64,000 bases of DNA, taken from IMG/VR virus record IMGVR_UViG_3300013113_000534, positions 3,440 to 67,439 of that record; one strand, written 5' to 3'. Numbering within the stretch: position 1 is the stretch's first letter; every line of letters starts with the position of its first letter. Source of the DNA: a virus. The position numbers were made by a program, and so were the translations under genes. The notes below the pieces were generated by a model. That model worked only from the letters and a program-made list of their open reading frames with translations, did not search any database and had not been told where the DNA came from. Positions 48,511 to 59,147 of this stretch are shown here, piece after piece.

Positions 48511-48894
48511 CTATAGCTCAAACAGCTTTTTTACTTCATCGTAATTTTCAGCCTTTGGGTCAACAACAGGTTGTGCTTGTCCCGCTACTGTTACGTTATT
48601 TTGTTGGACATAAATATCAAAGGACTTGAGTAAATTCTTCTTTAATACTGATGGAGTGTCAATAGAGGAAGCTGGTAGACCAACCCTTTGAGCAAGGGTC
48701 GTCATTTCTCCGACAGACATGCTACCAAGATTACTAGCGAAAACATCTTTGTTATTTGTACCATATGGATTAACATCCTTAATCCCCAAAAGATCTTCTA
48801 ATTCTTTTGTTTTTTGAATCTTGTCTTCTCGCTCAGAACGCTCTTTACCATCAATAACGTTGAACTCTTCTAAAAATTCTTTCTTATTTGCCAT
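48511..48894 (-). CDS. hypothetical protein
   Basis: 127 aa, GTGTA motif upstream. Confidence 0.65.
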   Translation of the reverse strand: MANKKEFLEEFNVIDGKERSEREDKIQKTKELEDLLGIKDVNPYGTNNKDVFASNLGSMSVGEMTTLAQRVGLPASSIDTPSVLKKNLLKSFDIYVQQNNVTVAGQAQPVVDPKAENYDEVKKLFEL

Positions 48895-48926
48895 ACCTTA
48901 TCATAATAGATTACACTAAAAAAATC

Positions 48927-48959
48927 AAAAAAAAAGAGCCGCCCCGTAGGGCGACCCTT
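48927..48959 (-). terminator. intrinsic terminator after the major capsid gene
   Basis: AAGGGTCGCCC-TACG-GGGCGGCTC followed by T9 on minus. Confidence 0.75.
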
Positions 48960-48977
48960 AAATTTAGGAAACCTCGA

Positions 48978-50072
48978 TTAGAGGATAATTCCACAAAGAG
49001 CGCGGTCGTCGATACAAACGCGACCCTCTTCGACTTTACCGTAGTAACCAATCTTGTTCTGGCGAACGGAGAACTGGTCATCAACGAGAACGTTGAGTTC
49101 ACCAGTAGAACCTTCATCAAGAACGACAGGACGAAGCAGAGCGTCACGAGAACGATCAACACCGATAAGGATCTGCTCAGAGCCTTCAGTAAAGCTCACG
49201 CCACCTTTAACAGCATCAAAGATCTTGTTGAAACGTTGTCCACTACCCATTTCAAGCACTTCGACGATATTGATACCGTAGAAGCTTGGGAGTCCAGCAG
49301 CGCTGTAAAGCTGAGAGCGAAGCTCTTCAGGAGCGGTGATACTGGTAGTTCCAGAAGTTGCTTGACGAGTGTTGACAGGGTTGTAAGCCATAGCGCGAAT
49401 ATCTTCAACAACTTCAGGAGAAACGAGAAGATCGGTAACGCCAGCCTTAGAACCACCAACAGGAGTTCCACCAACAAACGAGCTATTGATACGCTTGGAC
49501 TTAGTGATGAGGTTATTCAAATCATCAAGGACAAGGTTAGTTCCAGCAGCAGCGATGATGTGATCACCAGCAGAAGCAGAGATGCTATCTCCAGCAACAA
49601 GAGCGGAAGCAAGCACGTTAAATGCAGTGCGCTCCTGCTTAAGCATAACTTCCTGAGCCATACGAGTGAAGGTCTTGGAAACAACGTCAACGCGAGCCTT
49701 CTTAGCATACTTACGGTCGAAAGCGAGTGCGCTATCAAGAGTGTAAGTGCTAAACTTCAGCTCGTTATGAGCTGGGAAGACTTGGTTGTAAGGGAGTCCT
49801 CCAGCAACTTGCTGGGAGTAAACCTGCACATAATCTTCATCAGTGATGTCATGAAAGAGATCAAGAGGAAGGGAAGGATTGTCATCAGACTGATAGGTCA
49901 GAGTGGTGAAAAGATTTCCAACGGTCACAGCGTTGTTGATAACTTCAGTGACCACAGGCCCGAGAAGTTCTGCAACAGCGGCCTGAGCCTCGTAAGCTTC
50001 TTCACGATTATTTGAACCCATTGCGCGAACAAGGGCTAACTGATCTTCAGTTCTTTTAATAGTAATTTTCAT
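48978..50072 (-). CDS. major capsid protein (HK97 fold inferred)
   Basis: 364 aa, strongly biased codons, follows scaffold and decoration genes; DLLVSPE, KIGYYG..EEG. Confidence 0.85.
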   Translation of the reverse strand: MKITIKRTEDQLALVRAMGSNNREEAYEAQAAVAELLGPVVTEVINNAVTVGNLFTTLTYQSDDNPSLPLDLFHDITDEDYVQVYSQQVAGGLPYNQVFPAHNELKFSTYTLDSALAFDRKYAKKARVDVVSKTFTRMAQEVMLKQERTAFNVLASALVAGDSISASAGDHIIAAAGTNLVLDDLNNLITKSKRINSSFVGGTPVGGSKAGVTDLLVSPEVVEDIRAMAYNPVNTRQATSGTTSITAPEELRSQLYSAAGLPSFYGINIVEVLEMGSGQRFNKIFDAVKGGVSFTEGSEQILIGVDRSRDALLRPVVLDEGSTGELNVLVDDQFSVRQNKIGYYGKVEEGRVCIDDRALCGIIL

Positions 50073-50087
50073 AATCTGTGAGTAAAA

Positions 50088-50666
50088 TTAGAAGTTAATG
50101 TTAACAATTGCGTATCCTCCTGCGTGGGTATCACCAGCAGGACGAGTTCCAGTAGCAAGCACTTTACCGACAACAGTGTCAGCAGCAAGAGCAGTAGCAA
50201 GCGTTCCACCAGCACGAAGTCCAAGCTCAGTATTAGGAGCAGGAATAAGTGAGCCAGAGAAAGCTCCTTCCATAAAGGTGAATACACCCTTAGTAGCTAC
50301 AGGAACAGATTCTCCAGAAGCAACAGCCTGAAGCTCTTCCTTCTTCTGAGGGTAAAAGCGGAGCTTCTCTCCATTCTCATCAGTGTCGCGAACGTCACGG
50401 ACGATAATTCCAAGAGCAGCATCGCCAGAACCAGCAGCAGCAACTTTAAGAGGGTTAACAGCGAGAGGGGAGTAAGCATTTCCTTGAGTAGTAAGGAAAG
50501 CAGTCCCAGCGTCTACGAGATCAGTAAGATCGTCGTTGAGATTGGCGGCAGAAACCTTTACAATGGTTCCGGCCCCGACATCAGTACCTTCGTAAGCAAA
50601 CATGTTGATAACATCGTTATCGTCATATTGCCGGAAAGGTAATAGTTTAGTAATTTCACTAGCCAT
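50088..50666 (-). CDS. capsid decoration/cement protein
   Basis: 192 aa A/G-rich, VPVATKG; between scaffold and capsid genes. Confidence 0.7.
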   Translation of the reverse strand: MASEITKLLPFRQYDDNDVINMFAYEGTDVGAGTIVKVSAANLNDDLTDLVDAGTAFLTTQGNAYSPLAVNPLKVAAAGSGDAALGIIVRDVRDTDENGEKLRFYPQKKEELQAVASGESVPVATKGVFTFMEGAFSGSLIPAPNTELGLRAGGTLATALAADTVVGKVLATGTRPAGDTHAGGYAIVNINF

Positions 50667-50691
50667 AATATTATAATTTAGTTAGAATTTT

Positions 50692-52215
50692 TTATTTTGT
50701 AACTTCTACAGAGAAGTTCTCCTTAAGTTTTTCAACCAAAGAAATTTGTTCAGAAGCTTCTGCGTTGTTGTTTGGAACAGGAGCGGCCTCGACCTCTTCA
50801 ACTTCCAACTCATCTTCGCTAGCTTTAACTTCTTCTTGCTGCTCAGGAGCCTCTTCTGCCATCTTAGAAGCAATAGCCTCTTCGATTTTAGCTTTGACTG
50901 CCTCTTCTTGAGCTGCAATAGACTCTTTGGTCTTGCTTGCAAAAAGAATAGAAAGTTTTTCTTTGAAGGTATCAAAAGCCTCGGGAGAAGCTTCAACAGC
51001 CTTCAACTCATCTACGACCAACTTAAGCTCTGCTTCAGTAAGTTCGTATGTGGAATCGATAAAGTTCATACGAGAGTTAAATAACTCAACAGCAGCTTGA
51101 GCTTCAATCTCAGATTTGAGAGAGGAGAGTTCTGCCTGAACAGCATCAAAAGAAGCTTTCATTTCAGTCAGGTCTGCTTCTGCTTTCTCACGAGCTTCGG
51201 CTTCAAGTTGAACTTTAGATTTCCAGTTTTCGGAATGCTCAGTAAGAGCATCACGCATAATCTCACCAACAGAGCTGGCTTGATCGTCCTTCTTGACTAC
51301 GGAAGCTACGCTTTCCGCAACTTGTGTCATTAATGTTTCGAATTGTTCCTTATCCATATCAAAAATATCGAATTTGTTGTTTGTTACAGTGTTTTTCCCG
51401 TTTAGGGAATTTTTAATAATATTATTATCTTCTTTCGCTAAAGAATTATCAACAGGCTTTTCGTTTTTCTGCGGTTCTGATGTATAAACTCCTTTAACTC
51501 TAGCAGCAGGTTTATATGTTAGTGCAGCTCCTAAAGGATAAGTTTCACCATGTATCAATCGGTGAACTGGTGTCCCATTTTTATCCATGCCTTTACCACC
51601 AAAACCTTTTACATACTGCTTAAGTTCTTGCTTCTTTGAACCTTCGGCAACTTCGCACTCGTCCAATCTATTAGATCCATAGACGACTTTATAGTTCTTA
51701 AATGCAAGCTCCCAGCTAGTAGCAATGCTCTGATATTCTTCATTCTCTTCTTTCGCGGCTGTTTCAATAGCTTCCGCTAACTCTGGAAAAATATTTTTAT
51801 AAATTAAACCAGCAGCGTTAATATAAAATGGTTCTTTTTTATCAGCATATGATTCAATCGCGTTATCCTTAAAATCATATTCGTCCATAGAGAAAGAAGC
51901 ATTGATCATGTGGCCTACGATCTTATGCTTCTTGTGTTCAATGTTGATTGGCTTATTGATAAATCTTTTTACGGCAGCTACTGCTGTTTTAGAATCTATG
52001 CCATCACCGTTTTTGTTGAATTCGTTGACGAGAGCCAAGTTAAATACTACAGGCAATACATCTACATTTGCGGATGGGTCAAAGTCGTCAGGCAGTAAAG
52101 ATTTAGCTGCCTCCGCGATAGATCCTTCTGATACTCCAAACTTTTCGTAATCAGCTTCTTTGAGAGCCTTGATATTACAATCAAAGCTACTTACCTCAAA
52201 ATCTTTTAAATCCAT
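50692..52215 (-). CDS. prohead protease fused to scaffold
   Basis: NKNGD, KPINIEH, SWE, ALT..PA; acidic coiled-coil C-terminus. Confidence 0.8.
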   Translation of the reverse strand: MDLKDFEVSSFDCNIKALKEADYEKFGVSEGSIAEAAKSLLPDDFDPSANVDVLPVVFNLALVNEFNKNGDGIDSKTAVAAVKRFINKPINIEHKKHKIVGHMINASFSMDEYDFKDNAIESYADKKEPFYINAAGLIYKNIFPELAEAIETAAKEENEEYQSIATSWELAFKNYKVVYGSNRLDECEVAEGSKKQELKQYVKGFGGKGMDKNGTPVHRLIHGETYPLGAALTYKPAARVKGVYTSEPQKNEKPVDNSLAKEDNNIIKNSLNGKNTVTNNKFDIFDMDKEQFETLMTQVAESVASVVKKDDQASSVGEIMRDALTEHSENWKSKVQLEAEAREKAEADLTEMKASFDAVQAELSSLKSEIEAQAAVELFNSRMNFIDSTYELTEAELKLVVDELKAVEASPEAFDTFKEKLSILFASKTKESIAAQEEAVKAKIEEAIASKMAEEAPEQQEEVKASEDELEVEEVEAAPVPNNNAEASEQISLVEKLKENFSVEVTK

Positions 52216-52229
52216 AAAATGATATACAC

Positions 52230-54191
52230 TTAAATTTTAGTTGAGTGGTATAAAATTGCAGCAGACATGTCATCGAGCTGATGTTTAGAGCCTACGTCTA
52301 GCACATCTGGATCAACATTTAGTTCAGAAAGATTATCTAAATTTTCTACAACACTGGATAAAGTCTCGTCCCATTCACTTGTTGGTTTAGAAACAATGAT
52401 TGATTCGCAAGCGCGAGAAACTAAATCTTTTTTGTCGTCATCAAGTTCATCCAAGCCAAACTTAAGAGCAAAGTCACGATAAGCCCTAAGTTCAAACTCG
52501 CTAACCATTTGGGTAGCTTCAACAATATGTTTCTTCGAAAAGTTTGAGTTGGAAACTCCCATAGGGCGACCACCAGAAGGAGCTACAGGAGCAACTTCGG
52601 GTTTAGCTTCTGGAGTGGACTCTTCTTCATTTTGAAATAGGTTAATGCTATTTACTAAGGGCATGTAATAACCATCTTCCCTCTGCTCTTTGAACTTATC
52701 TTGAGCTGGCATTAATTCTTCTCCTTTGGGGAACATTCCATTGTGGACAACACTCATACCCTGTTCTGGAGTAAGAACTCCAAGCTCCATCATGCGAGTA
52801 GCAAGCTTAGTCATGTCAGAATTATCAAGAGTATCTGTTTTAACAAATTTAACCTCTGGCCAAGAACGCATACCCGCAGCTTTACAAATGCGGCGTATCT
52901 CTGGCTGTAGGAAATCTTTAATAAATTGACTGCGAGACTCTTCAAGACGCTGAATGAATATCTTCATCTTGAGTTGTCCATCTGCATATTTGTTATCTCC
53001 AAGGAGAACATTCTGAAGCCCTTCTTGAATGTCACGGTTCAAAATCTCATATTTTTCGGGGCCAATTACTTTGCGGAGATCAGGAATAACAAAGTCAGCT
53101 TTTGTGGTATAATCAGATACAAGAACACGCCCAACGCTTTGATTCTTGAAAATATTCTGCATTGCGGCCAATGCTTTATGATTAACGCCTCCCTTGTCAG
53201 GTTCTGCACCCATAGTAACCAACAAAACAACATTCTCAATAGAACGAGAAATGGCTTGGTCAATTTTCTTAAGTTCTAGCTTCTTGTTGATGTCATCAAG
53301 GACAGAGAAAGCATATGGAACAGAAAGTGGCTCATAGTCTTGCTTCTTGGCAAATACAACATGCAATAACTCCGAAGCTAATTTAATATACAAACGCTCA
53401 GTGGTAGTAGCAGTGTTGTTTTGGATTCTTACCTGAACATCTTCTGGTAAAGAATTATACATCTCAATCTCATGCTCTGTTTTAGGATCTTTAAGCCTAG
53501 AGATTTCATATGGAGTGAGGACTTTGAAATACTGAAAATCATTAAATGAAATAGAACCTTTTGTGGCAATGTCAGTTGGGTTCATGATCAAATACTTGAT
53601 TGGAATAGGCACGCTCTTAGTGGCTCCATAAGTTTCCAAGATCCTTCCAGTATCAGCGGTTTTAATTTTACCGTCTACACGATACATGAAAACGTTACCT
53701 GAGCGGTAGTATTCGCGAAAATATTGTGACTTGATATCATGAATTTTAATTCTTTTAAACCAAGCGTTCACAAAGTTTCTTGCTTTAGCAGATCCACCCT
53801 CTAAAAATAAATCAGAGTCAGCAAAGTCAGAGAGCATATCAATAGTACTCCTGAACGCAGGGACGTTGAAGTAAGCCTTTTGGCATAACTGGATAGCGTC
53901 ACGGACATTTACGGAGTCACGAGAGTAATCAAATGGAAGAAGACCATCATCAATATTTTTAAATCTATTTTTAGTATAGCTTTGAGTAACGCTATTAGTT
54001 CTTGAACTTGAACGATTTGTTGGGTCAGAAAGACGAGACGCAGTAGTTTCATATAAAGATTCCCCGACAAGTTCTGGAGAAAATTCCTCTGCTAAAGACT
54101 GATTCGCTATATCCTCTAAATTATGATTGGGAGTGTCGCTTTTGAACTTATTCCAATATTCAGACCGTTTTGTGTACTTACGCTTTGCCAT
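52230..54191 (-). CDS. portal protein
   Basis: 653 aa between TerL and protease; EYYRSGNVF, KKQDYEP. Confidence 0.8.
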   Translation of the reverse strand: MAKRKYTKRSEYWNKFKSDTPNHNLEDIANQSLAEEFSPELVGESLYETTASRLSDPTNRSSSRTNSVTQSYTKNRFKNIDDGLLPFDYSRDSVNVRDAIQLCQKAYFNVPAFRSTIDMLSDFADSDLFLEGGSAKARNFVNAWFKRIKIHDIKSQYFREYYRSGNVFMYRVDGKIKTADTGRILETYGATKSVPIPIKYLIMNPTDIATKGSISFNDFQYFKVLTPYEISRLKDPKTEHEIEMYNSLPEDVQVRIQNNTATTTERLYIKLASELLHVVFAKKQDYEPLSVPYAFSVLDDINKKLELKKIDQAISRSIENVVLLVTMGAEPDKGGVNHKALAAMQNIFKNQSVGRVLVSDYTTKADFVIPDLRKVIGPEKYEILNRDIQEGLQNVLLGDNKYADGQLKMKIFIQRLEESRSQFIKDFLQPEIRRICKAAGMRSWPEVKFVKTDTLDNSDMTKLATRMMELGVLTPEQGMSVVHNGMFPKGEELMPAQDKFKEQREDGYYMPLVNSINLFQNEEESTPEAKPEVAPVAPSGGRPMGVSNSNFSKKHIVEATQMVSEFELRAYRDFALKFGLDELDDDKKDLVSRACESIIVSKPTSEWDETLSSVVENLDNLSELNVDPDVLDVGSKHQLDDMSAAILYHSTKI

Positions 54192-54237
54192 GCTAACAAT
54201 TGTTACACTAAAGTTATAAAAGTTACTTTACAACTTT

Positions 54238-56127
54238 TCAAATAGTAAACGGTATAAATGTAGACTCAGGTTTTTTCTCAGCAGTTACATTAAGAGAATC
54301 AAAATATACTTTGGCGAACCAATTCCCTAGAATCAAAGCAGAATAAGAGTCTTTGCGTGCTCTATTCGGCCCCTTCTGTCTTCGGATGTTTTGGGGCAAG
54401 TTAAATGACTGTGAACCTTGGGGGTTTGTAGTAACCTCAATGTTAGCGCATTCTGACTTTGTAAGTTCAATGTTAGTTTTCTGTTGATCAATAAGATCAA
54501 TCATTTTAGCTCCTTTTGAAGTGGCTGTAATTTTATTATCCCACTTTATCTCATCAATCGGCAAATTCCCTTTTCTTTGTCGGTCAAAGTGATCGTCTAC
54601 CGCTCTGGAACCAAACAGTATTCTTTTATGGTCTATTGCTGCTTGCAACATTTCATTACCGCTTCTAATCCAGTTGACCGTAGGTTTTCTTAAGACACAG
54701 TATTTTCTCTCCTTTTGGTTATATTGGCTCTTAAATTGTGTGATGTCACTATGCCATTGATCAGGCTTTTCTAAATCTACTTCAATCACTCCAATATTCA
54801 CATTCGCCTTTTTAAACAACTCACTCTCATTACAAGAGTTAATGAACTGAACTCCTCCATTGTAGTCACCGCATATACCCACGATATTAAAGTATTCAAT
54901 AAGATACAGAAAATACCTCATATGCTCTTTTAAGGACACTCCAGCCACTGCGTAACTATGAACAAGGCAAATCTTCTGTTCGTCCCCCAGAACCTTAAAT
55001 ACGTGCATTGCGAAGTGGTCAGCACTTGTGTTACCAGCCCAGTTGGGGTCAAAAGCAAGAATATACTCGTCACTTGGATTCCCAATTACCTCAACAGCAG
55101 GAAACTCTCCATCAGCGATAGTGCAAGCTGCCATTTTAGATAATCTGAAATAACCATCACTCTCATCTACAAATTGTGCGCCGAACTCTCGTTTAAACTG
55201 CATCTCAGACATGGTAGCCTTCGCCTGTTTAAGCAGGTTCTGATCGTAAAGTCTTGTCGGAGCACAGTCGTAACTTAACTGCATAATTAATCTATATGCA
55301 TCATCAGCCGCTTGCTCTTCTTCATCATCTCTGTCGAACTCTCCGAATATAAGACCCTCATACTTTTTGTAGAGTTTATACATATATTCGAATTTGAATG
55401 ACGGAGATGAAAGTATTATCAGTTTGTTATTTGGCCATACATACCTATCTTCCTCTTTCAGCTCGCCCTTGTCGATAAGGCGGGATTCTAGTTTATGTAG
55501 TTCCTCCCTTTCAATAGGATTCTCTACAACTCCAAGGAATGGTATGATAACTTCATTGAATATCTTTTCTGGTATTGTTAAGAACTCATCTAACACTATC
55601 CTATTAAATCGAAATCCCCTCAATCGTTCTCCGTTAGCTAATGGCAAAGCTATTGCGCGGCTATTACCAATCTTTAAAGTCCACTGGTCAGTTCCTTTTG
55701 TTATTTTAACTCCGCATTCTTTTGCGAGCTTTGCCTCTGGCTTACTAAGGATATCTTCCATCTTCTGGAAGATTTGTTTTGATTGCCTAAAGCTACCTGC
55801 AATAACGCCTATATTTGCATTAGGGTTTAGTAGACATTCAAGTAACACATAAATAGCTGTAGAGAAAGTCTTAGACATACCACGGGAGAATACGAACATC
55901 GAATAGTCCGATACCATCATCCCCTTGATAGCCATAGCCTGAAATGGGAATAACTTTACCCCCAAAAATAATTCGGAGGTAAATGCTATATTAGCTCTTA
56001 AAAACTTATATAACAAATACTTAGCTTCCTCATCAGGCAAGTCGCCATCAAGTGTTTTTAAATATGTATTAAGTTCGTTCGCGGAATAATCATTTCGATA
56101 CCGCTGTTTTCCTTTCTGCCATGCCAT
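54238..56127 (-). CDS. terL: terminase large subunit
   Basis: LFPFQ, SRGMSKT, RGFRFNRIVLDE, LSS, AFDP, KDSYSA. Confidence 0.92.
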   Translation of the reverse strand: MAWQKGKQRYRNDYSANELNTYLKTLDGDLPDEEAKYLLYKFLRANIAFTSELFLGVKLFPFQAMAIKGMMVSDYSMFVFSRGMSKTFSTAIYVLLECLLNPNANIGVIAGSFRQSKQIFQKMEDILSKPEAKLAKECGVKITKGTDQWTLKIGNSRAIALPLANGERLRGFRFNRIVLDEFLTIPEKIFNEVIIPFLGVVENPIEREELHKLESRLIDKGELKEEDRYVWPNNKLIILSSPSFKFEYMYKLYKKYEGLIFGEFDRDDEEEQAADDAYRLIMQLSYDCAPTRLYDQNLLKQAKATMSEMQFKREFGAQFVDESDGYFRLSKMAACTIADGEFPAVEVIGNPSDEYILAFDPNWAGNTSADHFAMHVFKVLGDEQKICLVHSYAVAGVSLKEHMRYFLYLIEYFNIVGICGDYNGGVQFINSCNESELFKKANVNIGVIEVDLEKPDQWHSDITQFKSQYNQKERKYCVLRKPTVNWIRSGNEMLQAAIDHKRILFGSRAVDDHFDRQRKGNLPIDEIKWDNKITATSKGAKMIDLIDQQKTNIELTKSECANIEVTTNPQGSQSFNLPQNIRRQKGPNRARKDSYSALILGNWFAKVYFDSLNVTAEKKPESTFIPFTI

Positions 56128-57043
56128 GAACTTTTTTCTCTAAATGATATTGAACGTCAACGTGCCATAGACGTTGCCCGTGATGTAGTATCTTGGGGAT
56201 AATCTTCTTCGCCCCCGCTCTTGAGTAAGCAAAAACAAACTGTATATTTTCTGGATAGTCTATCATAAGACTACGCACATTATGCCATAAGTAACCTAAG
56301 TTCGATTTGAACTTCGATACCTTGTTTTCTTCCTCGATTTTTTCAATAGACGACTCGACAACAATGAACATGTAAGAATCAAACTGGACACAACGATCCA
56401 TTTCGCGCCTGAATCTTTTAATATCTTTTCCGAAAGTTTGTCTAAAATCATCTTGAGCTTTTCTATCTACAAAGGTTTTTGAATAATATTTTCCAGCAGC
56501 AGTATAGTCACCGAAGTCCAATTTATTCTTTACACTATTATCGAAATTAAGAGGCTTTTGTTCTCTAGTATCCACGAATATCTGCATGTCTTTGCTTTCT
56601 TGTTCCCAGAAGTTTTTGGGTAAATTCTTAGTAAACCAAGATTTTATTCCCAAGTCCTCAGAGAACTCAGAGTAAGACCTCCACATTTTGCGGTAGTAAT
56701 CGATATTAGGCATTTGAGCCAACATGTAGTATAAGTCTGGTGGAGTAAACTTTACATCTTTGTTTTTAAATCTTTCGCGAGTATATTTGATTAAGTGATT
56801 TTTTGCTTTGATAGGAGAGGTTGTCTTTAACCAAGATAAATAATTATCTACATTGTTAAAGTCTTCTGAAAAGTATTGGTCGTAGTTTTTGAATTGCAGT
56901 AATTCGTTTGTGTAAAGATCACGTTTACCATAGTATTCCACATAATACTCCCCAATGGAAGTGCTATGAGCTTTAAGGTGGGCGTGAAAGCTTCTACGAT
57001 TATCGAAGGACTTACCACATACTCTGCAAACAAATTCACTCAT
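56090..57043 (-). CDS. C2H2 zinc finger plus ERCC4-type nuclease
   Basis: CRVC..HLKAH; VDTREQKP, GDY, DRKAQDD. Confidence 0.8.
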   Translation of the reverse strand: MSEFVCRVCGKSFDNRRSFHAHLKAHSTSIGEYYVEYYGKRDLYTNELLQFKNYDQYFSEDFNNVDNYLSWLKTTSPIKAKNHLIKYTRERFKNKDVKFTPPDLYYMLAQMPNIDYYRKMWRSYSEFSEDLGIKSWFTKNLPKNFWEQESKDMQIFVDTREQKPLNFDNSVKNKLDFGDYTAAGKYYSKTFVDRKAQDDFRQTFGKDIKRFRREMDRCVQFDSYMFIVVESSIEKIEEENKVSKFKSNLGYLWHNVRSLMIDYPENIQFVFAYSRAGAKKIIPKILHHGQRLWHVDVQYHLEKKVHGMAERKTAVSK

Positions 57044-58098
57044 AACAACTCTTTTTTAGATATACCAAGCACTCGTGCTTTATAGTCATCCATATTCTCT
57101 AGTCTATCAGCTTCTTCTTCAATTAATTTATTTTGAAGTTCAGCCATCATGATCATACGGTCTCTTTCTTCACGCTCTTGGAACGCTTCGACCAGAGCAA
57201 AGATAGATCCGTTTTCTTCACCTTTAGCTTTCAGTCTTGCAGTTCTAGATCCATTCAAGTCTTTCGTTAGGGATTCGATCCGCTTCTCGCACTGGTTAAG
57301 CTCTTCACTGGTGGCCTTGATAATCTCCGTCAGACGCATTGTGATGTCCCTTTCGTTGTCTTGGTCGTCTAGTAGTGCATTAAGCTTGTCAATACGCATC
57401 TGGATGTGTTTCTGGCGCACATAGTTAGCACATACGGTCACATATAGATTCAATTCGTCGTTAGTGAGGTCAGGCTTGTCCCAAACAGCACGGACGAACT
57501 CACTTTCGAATAAGTTTCTGTCTGCTAGAGTTGCATACTGATTGATAAAATGATTGAAGCGAGGGCTTTTAAAATAAATAATTAATTGCTCGACTAGCTT
57601 CTTTTGTTTTGTTTGGAGGGTTAGCTCCTCTAGTGCGGCCCCACAGAAGTTGTTTATCTTAACAATCGCTCTGTTTATGGACTTGGGAGGAGTCCACTTC
57701 TCTTTTGTAACAATTTCGTTATCGTCTACAATCTCTGGCCTATAAGTTTTGAGGAAATCGACAATAACCCTGTGTTTCATACTCAAGGGCTGAACGTCAC
57801 GGTCTTTGAAAGTAAGTCGGGCGATCTCTAATGCATTCATCCCAACCTCAATATTGTCAGTCATCAAGAACTCTTTCTGCTCTTTGTTTAAATGAATCTG
57901 TTCTACTTTCGGGGCAAGTGATGTATTTGCTTTTTTATCCTGTTCTGCTAAGAACTTCCTCACCGCACGACCCTGTTTAGACCTCCCATCAATATCGTCA
58001 TCATTAAATACCTTGCGGGTAATAAACATTAAATCGGGGTTCTGTTTAAACAACTTAAGAATCTCCTCTTTCTGCTTCTCTGTTAAATCATATATCAT
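57040..58098 (-). CDS. hypothetical protein with HTH-like N-terminus and coiled coil (terminase small subunit candidate)
   Basis: 352 aa, two genes upstream of TerL; function inferred from position only. Confidence 0.4.
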   Translation of the reverse strand: MIYDLTEKQKEEILKLFKQNPDLMFITRKVFNDDDIDGRSKQGRAVRKFLAEQDKKANTSLAPKVEQIHLNKEQKEFLMTDNIEVGMNALEIARLTFKDRDVQPLSMKHRVIVDFLKTYRPEIVDDNEIVTKEKWTPPKSINRAIVKINNFCGAALEELTLQTKQKKLVEQLIIYFKSPRFNHFINQYATLADRNLFESEFVRAVWDKPDLTNDELNLYVTVCANYVRQKHIQMRIDKLNALLDDQDNERDITMRLTEIIKATSEELNQCEKRIESLTKDLNGSRTARLKAKGEENGSIFALVEAFQEREERDRMIMMAELQNKLIEEEADRLENMDDYKARVLGISKKELL

Positions 58099-58775
58099 TA
58101 TAAATCCTCCTCTTTTATTAACTTTGCGGCTATATTGTAAAACTTCTTCTTCAGGTTGTTTATTTGTTTGTATCTAGGTGTCTTTCTTTTACTTGTATCT
58201 CGCTTAAACCCAAACTTTTTAGCAACCTCTATTTCATCCATGTGATCTATAAACAAAAGCTTGTATATCTCTTTATGCTTGTCGTTTAACTCAGCCATAA
58301 CCAAAAGATGTATCTTGGCCGTTTTGTTTTCATAATCTAACTCATCTTCATTTATCCTATCTTTAATAGATATTAAAGAATCCAAAGAGACTGGCATCTT
58401 TAAATGAAACGCGCTTTGTTTCTTATTCTTCCATTTAGCGAAGTCCCCACACTCTTCATCCTGCTCCTTACTCTTAGTGAAACCGCACTCATCTCCACCC
58501 AAATAAAAAGAACACCGCAAACACGGTTTAGCGAAGTTTCCATAATGATTCCTTATCAGATTCTTTATCTGATTACTAATCAACATAGAAGCCCAAGGCT
58601 TAAATGCTCTCTTCTGATCCCACAAATGCCACTTTTTATAGATATGAGTACGGATTATTTGAGACACATCGTCATAATCCAACCAAGCTATTGAGTTAAG
58701 CTGCCACTTGGCTCTATACCTACTTAAAAGTTCTTCTATCTCTGGAATAAGGTCTTCATACCTTTTATCCATCAA
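58098..58775 (-). CDS. second sigma-factor-like protein with Cys insert
   Basis: DYDDVSQ..WD..FKPWASMLISNQIKN; CLRC..C..C; C-terminal EVAKKFG HTH. Confidence 0.7.
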   Translation of the reverse strand: MMDKRYEDLIPEIEELLSRYRAKWQLNSIAWLDYDDVSQIIRTHIYKKWHLWDQKRAFKPWASMLISNQIKNLIRNHYGNFAKPCLRCSFYLGGDECGFTKSKEQDEECGDFAKWKNKKQSAFHLKMPVSLDSLISIKDRINEDELDYENKTAKIHLLVMAELNDKHKEIYKLLFIDHMDEIEVAKKFGFKRDTSKRKTPRYKQINNLKKKFYNIAAKLIKEEDL

Positions 58776-59139
58776 TGTCTTGAATTCTAGATGAAGCGCA
58801 ATCAGCTTGGCTCTGTTTAATCATAGCTTCACCCTCGGGCAAATTTGCTGCTGGCCTAGAAGTCCTAGTCCTATTGGCATCTTCAGGAGTGGCCGATTTC
58901 CAAAGATCAGTTAATGTAGTATTTTGCGAGCTAGCTTCTGCTACAATATCTTTCTTCATTTTTTTCAAATCAAAGGAACGAGGACTTTCTTCCTCATAAT
59001 CAATTTCAGCAATAGCTTCTCGTCGAGCTGGCGCAGGAGCAGATGCTCCAATCGGTGAGCCGCAAGCCGAACAAAACTTGGGCTTGGTCACCTCGTACAC
59101 GTTTTTGTGGCCGCAGGAAGAACAGAAAACTTTATTCAT
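58765..59139 (-). CDS. zinc-ribbon protein
   Basis: FCSSCG..KFCSACG. Confidence 0.7.
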   Translation of the reverse strand: MNKVFCSSCGHKNVYEVTKPKFCSACGSPIGASAPAPARREAIAEIDYEEESPRSFDLKKMKKDIVAEASSQNTTLTDLWKSATPEDANRTRTSRPAANLPEGEAMIKQSQADCASSRIQDIDG

Positions 59140-59147
59140 ATGAAATT

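Noticed and set aside
48888-50015. 375-aa + strand ORF antisense to the major capsid gene
   Set aside because: Shadow frame produced by the strong codon bias of the capsid gene; no recognisable motifs or expression signals.
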